DNA from: the human T2T-CHM13v2.0 reference genome, Homo sapiens
Strand: one strand, 5' to 3'
Length of the DNA: 64,000 nucleotides
Assembly: GCF_009914755.1 (NCBI RefSeq)
Contig: NC_060927.1
Shown: positions 1-12,929 of the stretch, one piece after another
Layout of the letters: each line of letters opens with the position of its first letter
How positions within the stretch are numbered: position 1 is the stretch's first letter
The notes under the pieces: generated by a model
Told to the model about the DNA's origin: nothing
Databases searched by the model: none
Seen by the model: only the letters and a program-made list of their open reading frames with translations
Made by a program: the position numbers and the translations under genes

Positions 1-194
1 AATTACTCCTAGATTCCTTAGTCTTTTTTCTTCATCTTTGTGTATAAACTGGAGATTCCTTAATATTATTGAATATCCAAAGTGCACATTTTCCCAGTGT
101 CTCACTAAAAATCATTATGAATTCATGGATTTAAGCGTACTTGGTAAATTTTAATTCATGATAATGATGATGATTATGAATTTTATTTATTATT

Positions 195-292
195 ATTTTT
201 AAACTTTTATTTTAGGTTTGAGGATACATGCTCAGGTTTGCTATATAGGTAAATTTTATGTTACAAGGGTTTGATATACAGATTATTCTGTA
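195..292 (-). mobile_element. Short L1PA 3'-end fragment
   Basis: ttttaaacttttattttaggtttgaggatacatgctcaggtttgctatataggtaaa matches the antisense 3' terminus of older L1PA elements. Confidence 0.75.
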
Positions 293-405
293 CAATCTGT
301 GCTTCTCAAAGAATGGGGGGAATCACCTGAAAAATAGTCACATGGTCTCCCAAACTTGCAGTGAAATTAATGAGGGACTGATGGGCATGACTCCCCAAAT
401 TTGGA

Positions 406-764
406 TGATATGGTTTGGCTTTTTGTCCCCACCCAAATCTCATCCCGAATTGTAATTCCCACATGTCAAGGGAGGGAGGTGACTGGATCGTGGGGGTGGT
501 ATCCCCCATGCTGTTCTCATGATAGTGAGTGAGTTCTTAGGGGATCTGGTGCTTTTGTAAGTGTTTGGAAGTTCCTCCTTCATTCTTTTCTCTCCTGCTG
601 CCTTGTGAAGAAGGTGCTTGCTTCCCCTTCACCTTCTGCCATGATTGTAAGTTTTCTGAGGTCTCCCCAGCCATGTGGAACGGTGAGTCAATTAAATCTC
701 TTTCCTTTATAAATTACCCAGTCATGGGCATTTCTTTATAGCCGTGTGAAAACAGACTAATACA
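406..764 (+). mobile_element. THE1D-like solo LTR (ERVL-MaLR)
   Basis: Starts tgatatggtttggct...ccccacccaaatctcatc and ends aacagactaataca; flanks ttgga/ttggg resemble a 5-bp TSD. Confidence 0.9.
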
Positions 765-959
765 TTGGGTCTGAATCCCCAGATTCCAACATTAAAAGTC
801 CACTGGAGAGAGGTGGTGCAGTGAATGGGTAAAAAAAAAAAAAGAAAGGAGAAAGTGTAATCATTCTTCCAACAGGGCCACTGCTCTTCCCTGGGGAAAG
901 AAACTGTTGTGATGAAGGTGAGAGCAACAGTGAGTGCACCATGACATAGCGCAACCAGC

Positions 960-1166
960 ACAGTTTTAGAGCCAGATATTACCTGGGTTCCAATTGAAGT
1001 CTTACTTCTTACCGGCTGCTGACCTGAGGCAAGTTGTCTAACTCCTTGAGCCTTAGTTTTCTTATCTGGACAATGAGAATAATCACTACCCCACAGAGTT
1101 GTTGGCAGATAAAAATCATATATGTGAAGAATATGACACATAGTAGGTATTTATAAATGCTAGTTG
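960..1166 (+). mobile_element. MIR SINE
   Basis: MIR core: gacctgaggcaagttgtctaactccttgagccttagttttcttatctggacaatgagaataat...acacatagtaggtatttataaatgctag. Confidence 0.75.
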
Positions 1167-2560
1167 TTTTTTTTTCAGTATTCAGTTTCCTTTAATGACC
1201 CCCATCTCCCTGAAGGGCAGGTGCAGGCAGGTAGGCAATGGCAAGAGTTGCTCATTTGATGATTTTGCCCTGACTGAAGGCTTGGCCCACATGCTAGAAG
1301 GCCCCCTCCCAGTAAAAGTACTCTCGAACCAGTGCCTGGGTCTCCTTGCTGCCAGGATCCAGTTTCCACTATGTATATGACTTGTAGTCTCACCTGCCAA
1401 TCTGGACTCAGCGAAAAGGGAAGCTCCTGGCCCTGGAAGACCCAGACTCAGAGCTGCTGTTGTTGGTTCCAAAGAAGACACTGACAAAAACATTCTTCCA
1501 CAGCTTGGCCAGTCACTAGAATATTCCAGTGATGAGATTGCAACTCATGAAGATCTGGGTGAGTTCTTCAAGGAAGTGATACTCTGAGAACCACAGGAAC
1601 CAGCTGTCCTTATTGAACTGCTCCCAAAAATATGGCAGCACCACAGAGAGTGTGTCCTCCTTAGAGTACCTGCACTGAAATTTATCCAACACAAAGGTAC
1701 TCTTGGATGGTAAGTGAAGGGGTCCTTGGCCTTGGGCTCAGCAGCCAGCACCTGCTCACATTCATCCATCTCCTCCTCAGAAGCAGGGGCAGCTGCCTTT
1801 TTACCCTCTTTCTGCTCAGCCTGGGGCTTCTGCTTCCCTTCCTGTGAACACTTCCTTTTCCATGGGGTGTCCTGTTTAGGGTGGCTCTCTGCAAACTTTT
1901 TAGCATCAAACTGGGCCATGTTCTCACACAGACTCACTTCCCCACAAACAACCTGGAATTGGGGCTGGTTAATGCAGGTGAGGAACCAGCGGTTGGTATT
2001 GGGGAAGGCCTGGTGGAAAGAAGCCTCCAGGACCTGCTTATAGAGCTACAACAGCATGCAGACAACTGTGATATCAGCCAGTGGCACTTGTTCACCCACC
2101 AGAAAAGTCCTCATCTTCAAGTGAGCATGCAGCAGCCCCAGAATTCACCTCACCTCCTTCTTTGCACTCTCAGTGGCCTTTTTGTTATGCTGCATGATGC
2201 CCACGGTGAGGAACACCCAGGTACTGGCACTGTATCGCTGTCAGCAAAGCTCACCCACTGCACCACTTGGGCTGTTGCCGCTGGAGTACTTCCCTGCAGC
2301 TCCTCATAGTAGGCAATGGCATTGCTCTCAAACACACAGAATCCATCATCACCCTCTAATACTGGAAACTTGCCGGCAAGAAACTTGCAGAGAAATTCAG
2401 GGGTGTTGTTGGTTTGGCCAAAGTGGGAGTGGGGTGGTGCGGAGAGCACGTGGACCTGAGACTCGCTGTACTGAGTAGCAATGAACACCTTGAAGGCCCT
2501 CAGGTTTTCAGGATATGAGTACAGGGTCCCAGCTGCCATGGTGATCCTGCAGAGAAAGGG
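1167..2560 (-). pseudogene. EEF1G (pseudogene): Processed pseudogene of EEF1G (elongation factor 1-gamma); full length, intronless, frameshifted
   Basis: ORF pieces [17 protein letters not shown]...FESNAIAYY...[12 protein letters not shown] and [11 protein letters not shown]...[21 protein letters not shown] match EEF1G. ATG at 2539, ancestral stop (QGKIIK*) at 1252-1254, 3'UTR with ATTAAA (tttaat 1191-1196), poly(A) remnant ~1167-1175, pyrimidine-rich 5' leader near 2560. No introns; several frameshifts; the VSN codons are deleted. Confidence 0.97.
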
Positions 2561-2783
2561 GGTGTTGCTGTTATTTTTATCATATGCCTGATTGAGGCCC
2601 TCTGAGGAAGGCCTATAGGCAGACTTTCTATCACCTATGAGCGAGGCAGTGGGGAAGGGAGGCAAGAGGAAAAGACATTGTGGTCAGGTGAGTCACACCA
2701 CAGTGGTAGGATGGGGCTGAGAGTTGAATTCCTGGCCCTTGGTCCATAGCTCAGTCTAATTAAAGGAGCCAGATTCTTGATGA

Positions 2784-2873
2784 AGGTGACGCTGGGTCTT
2801 TGGCTTTTGGGTCTGTACCACAACGAAACAGAGCACCCCTTGATTCTTAATTTGGTCCCTGTTCCTTAATCCA
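2784..2873. repeat. 90-bp dispersed copy of 3998-4087 (internal piece of the ERV1 LTR)
   Basis: Direct, gap-free alignment with 5 mismatches over 90 bp. Confidence 0.95.
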
Positions 2874-3767
2874 TTGCCTAAATGATTAAAAAAACAAAAC
2901 AAAACATACCAGCCCTGGGGACAGGTACATGTTTTGCTCTCTGACCCTAGGCCACCTTGCCCAGAGAGGAGGCCGAGCACTGGGCAGCCTTGTTTATCTG
3001 GCCTCTTCTCATCTGGGTTGTGGCTTTATCTGGATAGAGTCCCCAGCTGTTGACTTATGTTTCTCCCCCATGCACTTCAGGACAGAGAGCTGCATCCATT
3101 GGGATGGAGCACCCCTACTGAGTGACTTCTCTGGCCTTCTTAGGACACATTACCCTTAGACTATTCAAGTGTGTGTTTGTGTGTGGGACCAGGACAGGGT
3201 GGCACAGAACTCTAATTCAGATTAACAGGAGGTCTAAAAGGTGAAAAACTCCATAAAGAATATGAATCAGAAACAAGAATCACTTCACAAAGAGACTCCC
3301 TTTCCCCTTTCTCTTTCCCTCATTCTCTCCATTGTTTTGATAAATTTGATTCTCACCCCAGCTATGGCATCATGGTAAAGACTAGACTTTTTTATATTAT
3401 CAGTTTTCCCCATAAGATGGAGTTATTCTGAAGAACTGAGCTACCCAATGTGAGCTAGTATGGACTAGTGGCAAAGTCAGTGGATTTGGGTAGAGATGGC
3501 CTGAGTTTGTGTCCTGGCCCTGTAACTCTGGGGATGTGAGACCTGGAGTAAGTACCTACTCTGAGCCTAAGCTATCTTATATATGTAAATGATCTTGGTT
3601 TGCTACATTTTCTAAGAGCCTCAATTTTTTTGCAATACTTGTGTTCTGATTGAAACTGGAACTGTGACATGTTTTGAGAGTGAATAAATACTCTCAATTT
3701 ATTGAGATGAATCAATATTGAAATGTTAGGTGATTATAATCATGCCTTGGAATGTTCTGGGTCATGT

Positions 3768-4278
3768 TGTTACTGAGGAATGGTTTTGCTATCCATGTGC
3801 ATAGAAGTCAATACTATAGGATCAGCTTTTGAGAAAGGAAAAAGCTTTATTGCAAGTAAACTGGCAAGGAGACAGGAGGCAACGTTCAACACTGTCTCCC
3901 CGAGCTGCGGTCTAGGGGCATATTTTAAAAGCAGAGAGTAACAATGAGAGAGATAGGAAAATGCAATGAGGCACGATCTAAATTGGTTTATGCAAAGAGG
4001 TGATGCTGAGTCCTTGGCTTTTGGGTCTGTACCGCAACGAAACAGAGCACCCCTTGATTCTTAATTTGGTCCCTGTTCCTCAATCCAAGCACTTAGGTTC
4101 CACCTGTGGTTGACTTTGTTATTCTGGCTGGCATTGGGGTCACAAATTGGGCATGCTGGTTCATCTGGGTAAGCTCAGGTTATGTGACCTGCAACCTGAG
4201 AGTCCATTGCACTGAGAAACAGCTCATTATTTTGTTACTGACAAAGTTGAACCACATCGAAGTGGTTCTGTGGTTACA
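3768..4278 (-). mobile_element. ERV1 solo LTR, MER66-like
   Basis: TG...CA ends, exact 4-bp TSD atgt (3764-3767 / 4279-4282), antisense AATAAA (tttatt ~3846), antisense motif caggttgcaggtcacataacctgagc. Confidence 0.75.
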
Positions 4279-4561
4279 ATGTCAGGATGTCAGAGAAAAG
4301 GCCAAAAATGTTCTGAGGTACTATGTGGGGGAAGAGCCAGAAAAACTGCAGATTTTGCATAAGGAAAGACAAATCAATGTCTCTCATTTTTAATGTCAAG
4401 AATCAGAGCATTGAAAGAATAAAGATCTCACACAATATGGACTACGGAGCATGACAACGGGTTATTCTTGGCAATCCTAGAAATAGCAATGGGGCCCAAA
4501 CTCTGCTTTTCTATATTTGTCCTGCTCAAAAAGAACAACATTGGGGGCCATTGATGGCGAG

Positions 4562-4605
4562 GTGCCTAGGATCAGTCTTCTTAGTGCCTAGGATCAGTCT
4601 GCTTA
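4562..4605. repeat. 22-bp tandem duplication
   Basis: gtgcctaggatcagtcttctta / gtgcctaggatcagtctgctta. Confidence 0.9.
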
Positions 4606-5559
4606 GAGCTAGAGTTTCATCCAACAAAGCCACGGTTTCTGCACTAGCGATGTCCTGAGACTGTGGAGAGCTTGTTGTTTGAGAGGTCCTACACTGGGTG
4701 GGGACATGAGGGGAATGGGAGAGTTTCAGATTGTTCACTGTTTGACTGTCTTCTCATAATCCACTTCTGCTTTAAGAGCCTGGGAGACCGGCTATTAATG
4801 GGGAAGGGAGGGTACTATATACAAACTTTGATGGACTTGGGTTGAATCTATGGTAAAATGTGCTTACTGGAAGGTGAGGACTGTAGGAACTCTGAGTTTA
4901 GCAAAAGGCAGTGACTGGAAAGAACCTGTGTCCTAATAGATTTCAGTATAATGAAGCTAAACCAGGAAAGGGAGAAAGCAGAGGTTTTTGGATTTTAGGT
5001 GGCTTGTCAAAAGCTTCTTCAAAAAAGGTTTGTTATTGTTGTTGGTGCTGGGTCTTCTGACTCTGTGGAAGGTGCCCTAGCACTCCTGCCCATAGCTCCT
5101 AATCCAGGGGTCTTTCGGAACATCTGTCAAAAGGGGTACAAGATAAGTATAATAAAAGTGCTTTGTAAACAGTGATCTTCATGAAACTTTAAACTTGTGT
5201 AACCATTGTTAATAATACATTGATCTTCAATGGAGTGCTTTCATTAATTACAAATGAGGTATAGAGAAATCTCTCCCTAATATTTGGTTGCAAGTCTTTG
5301 TTGCTGTTCCAAGAAGAAAATTCTCCTAGGAATGTACCTTCGTGGAATCATTTCTGGATGACGCCATTTTCTTCTAAGTGTTTATTGGTGAACCTCTGGA
5401 GCAATATCATCCCCAAGATACATTAGTTTGAATAATATCTGACCTCTTATTCTTTTTAAAAAAGGAGAATAATCTTGGTAGTTTGCCTGCCATATGTTGT
5501 ATGTGACAATTTATTTTCTTTAAAGGAGTTAGAAAAAGAGATTTCTATTCTGGTAAATT

Positions 5560-7230
5560 GGGAGATTGGAAAATCTGAAACCCTTCTATTACCACACAAC
5601 TAAAATGATAGATAAAATGTAAGAGACATAATTTTAAATGCATGGATGGCCTTGTAAAAAAATGAAGAAAGTTTTCAGAGACCAGGGATGAAGTGAGAGT
5701 GGGAATGAATAAGCACTGATGTTACTGGCTGTCTGGGGGCATCTGTAGCCACAGACATGGAAGGAGACAAGGCACCAAGCCTGGAGAGAGTTGGAGTGGT
5801 ATCTTTTCTCCACTCCATATGAAGATATGATCCACAAAGGGCTACACTCTCAGTAAAAAGTAAACCAAGAAAAACCCTCCTGCAGAGGCAAGATGCAAGA
5901 AAACTTGCCTGTCTCAGCCTAACCTTGATTCTGGGTAAAGGGGAAAATATATCCTCTATGTATCAGTGGACATGGGTTGGCCCTGGGGTGGGGTTGGTGC
6001 CAGAATGCCTTTTGCAAAGTTTGATAGTAAGCAAGCTAAAATTTTGATGAATTGGAAACGAGGCCCCAAAAGAGAAGAAACACACATACACACAATCATG
6101 CACAAAGGAGAAACAGGATTAATAGCAAGGAAAAAAAATGGTAGAAATAAATCCAAATACATTTGTAATCACAGTAAATGTTAGTACACTAAACTGTTTA
6201 AAAGACATAGATTACCAGACTAGAGGAAAAACCCCAAAATATACTATTATAAAGAAAAAGAAGAAGACAGCAGAAGTTTGAGAATAAATAATACTAAAAG
6301 CTATAACAGGCAAATAGTAACAAAAGAAAACTGGTTTAATAACACTAATGTCACACAAAATATACCATGATCAAGAAGCTATTTCTAGAGATTGATAATT
6401 CTTATATAAGAATAAAAGTTTTAGTTCACTAGGAGGACATATTTCTAATCCACTTATACTTAATATCTCTGAGTTATGTAAAATAAAAATTAACAGAACT
6501 GTAAAATCCCCAGAATAGTAGGATATTTTAACATATTTCTCTCAGCAATAAATAGATCAGAAAAGAAAATATGCAAGAATAAGGAAAACTTGAACAACAT
6601 AGTTACTCATTCACTCATTCAATATTTCATTGAATGCCTATAATGTCAGGCATTGTGCAAGACACTAAAGAAACAACAGTGACAAATGGGTTCTCTTGGA
6701 GAAGTACTTACACCAGGAGATATACTCAACAATGTCCATAACAGTATTGTTTAATAGCAAAAAGTCTGGAAACAATACAAACAACATTACAGAATAGTGT
6801 ATTCGTATACTGAAATACTATACAGCAGAGAAAGTAATGCTACACATTTTAATGGAGAGTACAATCAGAAATATAATGTTGAATAGAAAAGCAAATTGCT
6901 GAAGAATTAATACACTGTAATATTATTTCTATAAAATTCAAAGGAATGCAAAACTAAGTCAAATGTTTTTTAGAAATACGTACATCTGTTGCAGAACTAT
7001 AAAGAAAAGGAAGGAAATGTTAACATAAAGTTTAAGAAAGTGGATCCCTCTGTGGAAAGATGATGTCTGCCATCAGGGGCACTAGAGAACTTCAAAGGAA
7101 AGCTCCCTGTTGTTCATGTTTTATTTTTCAAGTTGGCACCAAGTAGATTTATGGTGTTTGTTTCATTATAATGCATATACTTTACATACACATTATATAT
7201 TTTAGTTCATGTGAAATATTCCATAATAAA
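5560..7230 (+). mobile_element. Degraded old L1M fragments (ORF2-like and 3'UTR) with a short L2 piece at ~6600-6690
   Basis: A-rich L1-like tracts (aatagcaaaaagtctggaaacaat...gaaatactatacagcag); L2 tail actcattcactcattcaatatttcattgaatgcc. Confidence 0.6.
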
Positions 7231-7544
7231 AATATGATAGTATCCCTATCCCTAAGGAACTTAAAATTACCCAAGGCAGGTAGAGAAGAGATAAATGAAA
7301 AAATATAAATGATGAGAGACTAGGACACCCAAAGGTCATTCAACCCAGGGTGATTTTAGAGATTAAAATGGGACCAGATGGCTGCACGGGGGCTGGGGAA
7401 TACAAGGGTGAGTTAACAAGAGACCTGGTCTCTGACATTTTGAAGCTTGTCCAAAGGGGAATCAATGGATTTCTTTTTTCAAGAGGTTCTTATGTCCTGT
7501 GATAGCAGAAGGCATCTAATTTATGCATATGAATATAAACTCTG

Positions 7545-8110
7545 TGTATGTTTGGTTATTGCTGTAACAGGTCATGTCAAAACAATGGCATAAGGCAACA
7601 AACTTTTTATTATGCTCACAATTCTGTGAGTCAGGAATTTGGGCAGGGTATGGCAGAGATGGCTTGTCCCTGCTCTAAGTTGTATCAGGTCTTAACTGGA
7701 GTAGCTCAAATGGTTGGAGATGGTGGGGAAAACTTGACTGGGGCCATATATCCAGAACCCTTGGTTCTATCAGCTGGGTTCCCTGTTTTTTTCTCCACAT
7801 GGCATCAGTCAGGTCAAAAACACCTAAAATGTTTTCACTTACATACTTACCTCCTGGGTTGTAGAACTGAAACAGCCAGGAGTTGGTTAGGCAGTTTTCC
7901 ATGCAGCCTCTCCACATGGCTAAGCTTGGGCTTCCTCACAGCGTGGCAGTCTCAGCATAGTCAGATTTCTGACATAGTCCAGGCTTCCCACAGAATGAGT
8001 GTTCCCAGATAACAGGGTTGAAGTTGCAAGGCTTCTTATGCCTAGACTTGGAAGTGATGCAGTGTCTCTTCCACCACATTTTATTGGTTACAGAGCTAGC
8101 CTGGATTCAG
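7545..8110 (-). mobile_element. MLT1-family LTR (MaLR)
   Basis: tattgctgtaac...ttattatgctcacaattctgtgagtcaggaatttgggcag...gggcttcctcacagcgtggc. Confidence 0.7.
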
Positions 8111-9085
8111 TGTGTGAGTAAGTGTATGTGCATGCTCATGAGTGTGTGTGTGTGTGTGTGAGTGTGACTATATAAAGACATAAGTACTGAGAGGCATTAT
8201 TCATTGGGGGCTGAGGGGGCACCTTTGGAGACAATCTCTTACAGTGTATGAGCATATATCCCTGAATATGGAGAGAGGAGACAAGAGACAACAGCTGTAA
8301 ATACCATGAAATTGGTCTGTACACAAAGTCTGTATATGGGATCCAGAGCTCTGGGATTTGTTGACTCTCTTCTCTAACCCAAGTGACTTTGGACTGTCAC
8401 TTCCCTCCTTTGATATTACTTTGTTACTGAATGGGAGCTGAGGAGACCTGAGCCCCTCCTATTCTCTGAATTTCATTGAAATATAATGATTCATTCATTA
8501 ATGATGGATTGAGGGTTGAAAAATAATGATATCTAGTTTTATCATTTATTTTTTCATTTATTAGCTGGAAGACTTCTCTGAAGAGGCACTTCTTTTGGTC
8601 TACTATTTCATTACCTAGTGGAAGAGTTCCTATAGAAAGTCAGGATTAATGATTGATTTTTTCCTTTATTTACAGGTTTTCGACAGAGGGAGACAACTAG
8701 ACATTATGAGTCTCTTGATGGAAGAACATACTTCTAAAGTTCTGCCCCCACAAAACCAAACCTGAATCTGATCTTGCCTTTACACACAGCTACCTGTTTA
8801 TAGGAAATACAGAGGACAGAGGGATATTTTGCACTATACCAAGAGGATGCAAAGACAAAAACAAGAACAAACTAGTAATGGCTTGTGGGAAACTTGATGG
8901 ATCAAATTTCCTTTAACAAATAGAAAGGGGTAAGAGTGGGGGGTGAGGGAGAGAAAACCTATAAACAAAGAGACATATGAAACTAAAAGGCATATGAAAT
9001 AAATTAAAGAACAGGCACAGGTAAATTATATTGTTCAGGGATTTATCCTGGGTGATAAAACTAAAGAATTGCAAGGAAGCAATTG

Positions 9086-9563
9086 TAAAGACACATGCAT
9101 GCATATGTTCACTGCAGCAATATTCACAGTAGCAAAGACCTGGAATCAACCTAAATGCCCATCAATGATAGACTGGATAAGGAAAAATTGGTACAAACAC
9201 ACCATGGAATACTATGCAACCTTAAAAAAGAATAAGCTTATCTTCTTTGAAGGGACATGGATGGAGCTGAAGGCTATTATCCTTAGCAAACTAGCACAGG
9301 AACAGAAAACCAAATACTGCGTGTTCTCACTTGTAACTGGGAGCTAGATCATGAGAACACATGGGCACTCAGAGGGGAACAACACACACTGGGACCTACT
9401 GGAGGGTGTAGGGTGGGAGAAAAGAGAGGATCAGGAAAATAACTGATGGGTACTAGGCTTAATACCTGGGTGATAAAAATAATCTGTACAACAAACCCCC
9501 ATGACACGAGTTCACCTATGTAACAAACCTGCACTTGTACCCATGAACTTAAAAGTTAAAAAA
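9086..9563 (+). mobile_element. L1PA 3' fragment inserted in an older L1M 3'UTR (~8480-9780)
   Basis: aaagacacatgcatgcatatgttcactgcagc...aacaaacctgcacttgtacccatgaacttaaaag; ORF 9069-9347 is the L1 ORF2 C-terminus (TWNQPKCPSMIDWI). Confidence 0.9.
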
Positions 9564-9948
9564 ATGTGAGAGTAGTGGTCTTGTTTGGAGAGTGTGTTTG
9601 TGTAGTGATTGAGATGGGGCACACAGAAGGGCTTCTCATGTAGATGCAAGTTCTAGTTCATGACATAGGTGTAATTACAGAAGGGTTTGACTTAGAGTAA
9701 TTCACTAAATTATATTTTCGTTTCATGAGTCTTTGTATATCCTTGTTTTATATTAGAAGAAAGAAAGCTTTTAGAAACGAGGAGAAGCATACTCACAATC
9801 TGGAAGCCCCTCAACCTCCCTCCATCCCCCCACATACACATGCTTACCTCCTCTGTTTAGCCTCGAGGCAGTGCTAGTCTCCAGGAAAGAATACATCTTT
9901 GGAATTCAGAGATCTGGCTTTGAATTCCAGTAGAGTACTTATTAGTTC

Positions 9949-10062
9949 TAGGGTGACCAACCCCTTTTAGTTTGTCTGGGGCTGAGGGGATTCTTGGGAT
10001 GCAAGACTTCCAGTGCTAGACCCAGGAAAATCCCAAGCAAACTTGGACAGTTGGTCACTCTG
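9949..10062. mobile_element. MER81-like hAT MITE nested in a MIR (~9880-10170)
   Basis: Terminal inverted repeats tagggtgaccaa ... ttggtcactctg; ~114 bp. Confidence 0.75.
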
Positions 10063-10276
10063 AGTTACCCCCTGAGCCTCAAATCTCTTACTTGTAAATG
10101 GGGACATGAATCCCTACGGTGTTGAATTATGAGGATTAAAGAAAATGAGAGATATGAAAACCCTGAATATACTGTTATCAGACTGTAAAAACTTCAGCTC
10201 AATTTTGCTCATCAATTACTAAACACATATAATTATAGCTACCACATGTAACATTCACTAAGTGAGGCAGGCTTCT

Positions 10277-10450
10277 AAGTCCTTGCTACACAAAGTATGG
10301 TCCTTGGATCAGCACCACTGGAATAACCCAGAAGCTTGTAAGAAACATAGTTTTTCAGACCCCACCCCAGACCTGCTGAATCAGAATCTGTGCTTTAACA
10401 GGATCCTCACATATTTCGTGTGCATGTTACTGTCTGAGGAGCACTGCTCT
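10277..10450. mobile_element. MER5A hAT-Charlie DNA transposon
   Basis: caaagtatggtccttggatcagc...ccccaccccagacctgctgaatcagaatctg...ttaacaggatcc...gagcactgctct. Confidence 0.8.
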
Positions 10451-11309
10451 CAGCATGTGAAGAAACTCATTTAATCCTTAAGACAATTATTTGGTTCACA
10501 TTCTGATTCCAGAACCTCACCCAGTCTTAGAGTTCCAGTACCCAGCACAAGACCTGGCTCGAGGTAATGATCCTGAATAAATGTATATTTTATTCCTTTT
10601 CCTGTCTGGAAGAGTTGGGAGAGGGCTGCCAAGGGCAAGATCATGTCTGGGAAGGATTTACATTCCATAGGGTTTAGAGGGACTTGAACTCCTGAGTCCT
10701 GGGGCTTTATCTGTTTCAAGTTTATGGTGGAACAGAGTGAGAATCTGGATTCCTTATTCCAAAGCTCTGCAGCCATTTCTAGTCCATTAATTCACTCAAT
10801 TCTTCCTCTGCAAGAATTGAGTGAGAATAAGGAAATCACCGGTTTGATGACCCAACCTTCTCTTTTGATAAATGGGTGTGTATGTGGTTGCAAAAGAGCC
10901 AGGAGGACCCTGAATGGGGGAACAGCCTTGAGAGCCAACAGCCAGGGAAGAGCTGGTGCCGTTTGTAAATCAGTGAATGGATTGCTCTGGGTATGTTTTG
11001 AAAGCTCTTGCTCCCCTTCTGGGTTCCTCAGCACTTGCCCAGAGGGAATCATTAATTAGCCTGATCACCTTAATTAAAACTCCCCAACAATTTTATTGGG
11101 GATTTATATCTATTTGCAAAAAGCTCAGTTTTCAGCCATTAGGTGCAATGAGCTAAACTCTGAGTCATAGTGGACTCTAGATTCCATCAACACCACCAGG
11201 GCTGAGCAATGCATGGATGACTTTGAAGGTTTTATGTACGTAGAATAATTATTACTACCAACCACCATTACCACCACTACCATTACTACCACCATTACTA
11301 AATAACAGC

Positions 11310-11530
11310 AGCTACTGCTACTATACACCAGGCACTGTGCAAAGTTTTTAAAATGCATTATTTTATTTCATCTTTACAGCTGTCCTATGAAGTAAGAATT
11401 ATTATCCCTATTTCATAAATGCAGCAATAGAAATTTCAAAAGATTAAGTAACATGCTCAGTAGCAGAGCTAGTGAATGTCACAGCTGGGATTTGAATACA
11501 GTTAGAGTCCATGTCCTTAACCACTGCCTC
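11310..11530 (-). mobile_element. MIR, preceded by a (CCA/TTA)n-like simple repeat
   Basis: ccaggcactgtgcaaag...attatccctatttcataaatg...gattaagtaac...gggatttgaatac. Confidence 0.7.
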
Positions 11531-12929
11531 CCAAGATGCCAAGGTTTTATTATGCTTCTCTCACTTTTGTGACCTCATGGCATTCCCATGAAGATCTTTC
11601 TCAACCCTTTCATTGGTAAAGGGATTGTATGTGTTGAAATGTTTTTTTGCAACAAATACCTGAGTACGTGTCTCTATCTGGCTTAAACTATCAAGAAATA
11701 TGTCACCTTACATTATTGAATAATCATCCAGAGTAAGGTAGGCATCAGAGAGTGTATCATCACAGTGGCTCTGGAGCTGTGCCTCTGTGATCACTCTGGC
11801 TGGATTTTTGCCTGCGTGGAGACTTCATCCTCAGAGGGGCTTCTCTCATGGTGCTAGTGTGGCTATAGCCACCCTGGGCTTTGCTTCCATATGCCAGAGG
11901 AAAACAAAGGAGTGATTACTAGGAATGCTTTTTTTTACAGTGAGAAAATTTCCCTGCCTGAAACCTTCTGAAATCCACACTCATGTCTTAAAGTCCTGAA
12001 TTTGTTCATCTGCACATCCCTGAACTAATTCCTTAGATCGAGGAGATGCCATGAGCTGGAAAAGGCATGGAAAAATTAAAAGTATACTTTTGTTATAGGT
12101 AGGCATAGGATTAAGCTGGTTGGGTTAAAAACAATAAGAGCATCATCCCCACCCTCAACCCCTAGATTGGAGTAACATTTCTCCCAGACTTCCTGGAAAC
12201 TGCATAGTAGATATAGGATGAAAAAGATGTTGGGAAGAGAATCAAAATGTCTCATTACTCCTTCCTCCTCCTGCTGGGTCCTATTTTCTTGGCGGATACT
12301 AGGCAACTAACTAGAGCTATGTAGATGGCCTTGGTGTGCTACATTATAGTGGTTGGGGTAGACCTGTGAGTTGCTGTTCTCTTATAACGTGGAAATTCTA
12401 TGGTCTTAACTTGAACTGGAACCATGGATAAACTCTTGACACTGTAGCAGTGGGTGAGTTATCTTCAGAAAAAAGCCCTTCTGATGTCTCTCATTGCACA
12501 AACGTTTCCGGATGGTTAAAACAAACTTAGTAGTCTTGTAGGAAGAACACTAAACTAGGGTTCAGAAGAATAAACAAAATGACTCCTGTAAAGGACCTCA
12601 CCGAGCCTGGCATGTAGTAGGTGCTGGCATATAGGAGGTGCTGAGTAGGTCAGCCATGTAAAACATCATTACATCCATACAGATCTGTTTACCAGCTCAC
12701 GGTCTTGGTCAGGTCACTTAAATTCTTGGAGCTTCAGTTTTCATATTAAAAGGTTTGGTTGCTCTTACCTATAAAATGGAAACAGTACCATCTTGCAGCA
12801 TCTTGGGTGGGTTATTTTGTGGTTTAGATGAATAAAGGTGGTGGATGTGTTTGTAATCAGTAATGTAATGCTCAAAAGAGAGTAGCAGCAGGGTGCTTTG
12901 TCAATGCTTTATTTTGAGGAATAAATTAA

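Noticed and set aside
2540-2665. N-terminal extension of the EEF1G-like ORF
   Set aside because: Begins at TTG in flanking genomic DNA; the true start is the ATG at 2539
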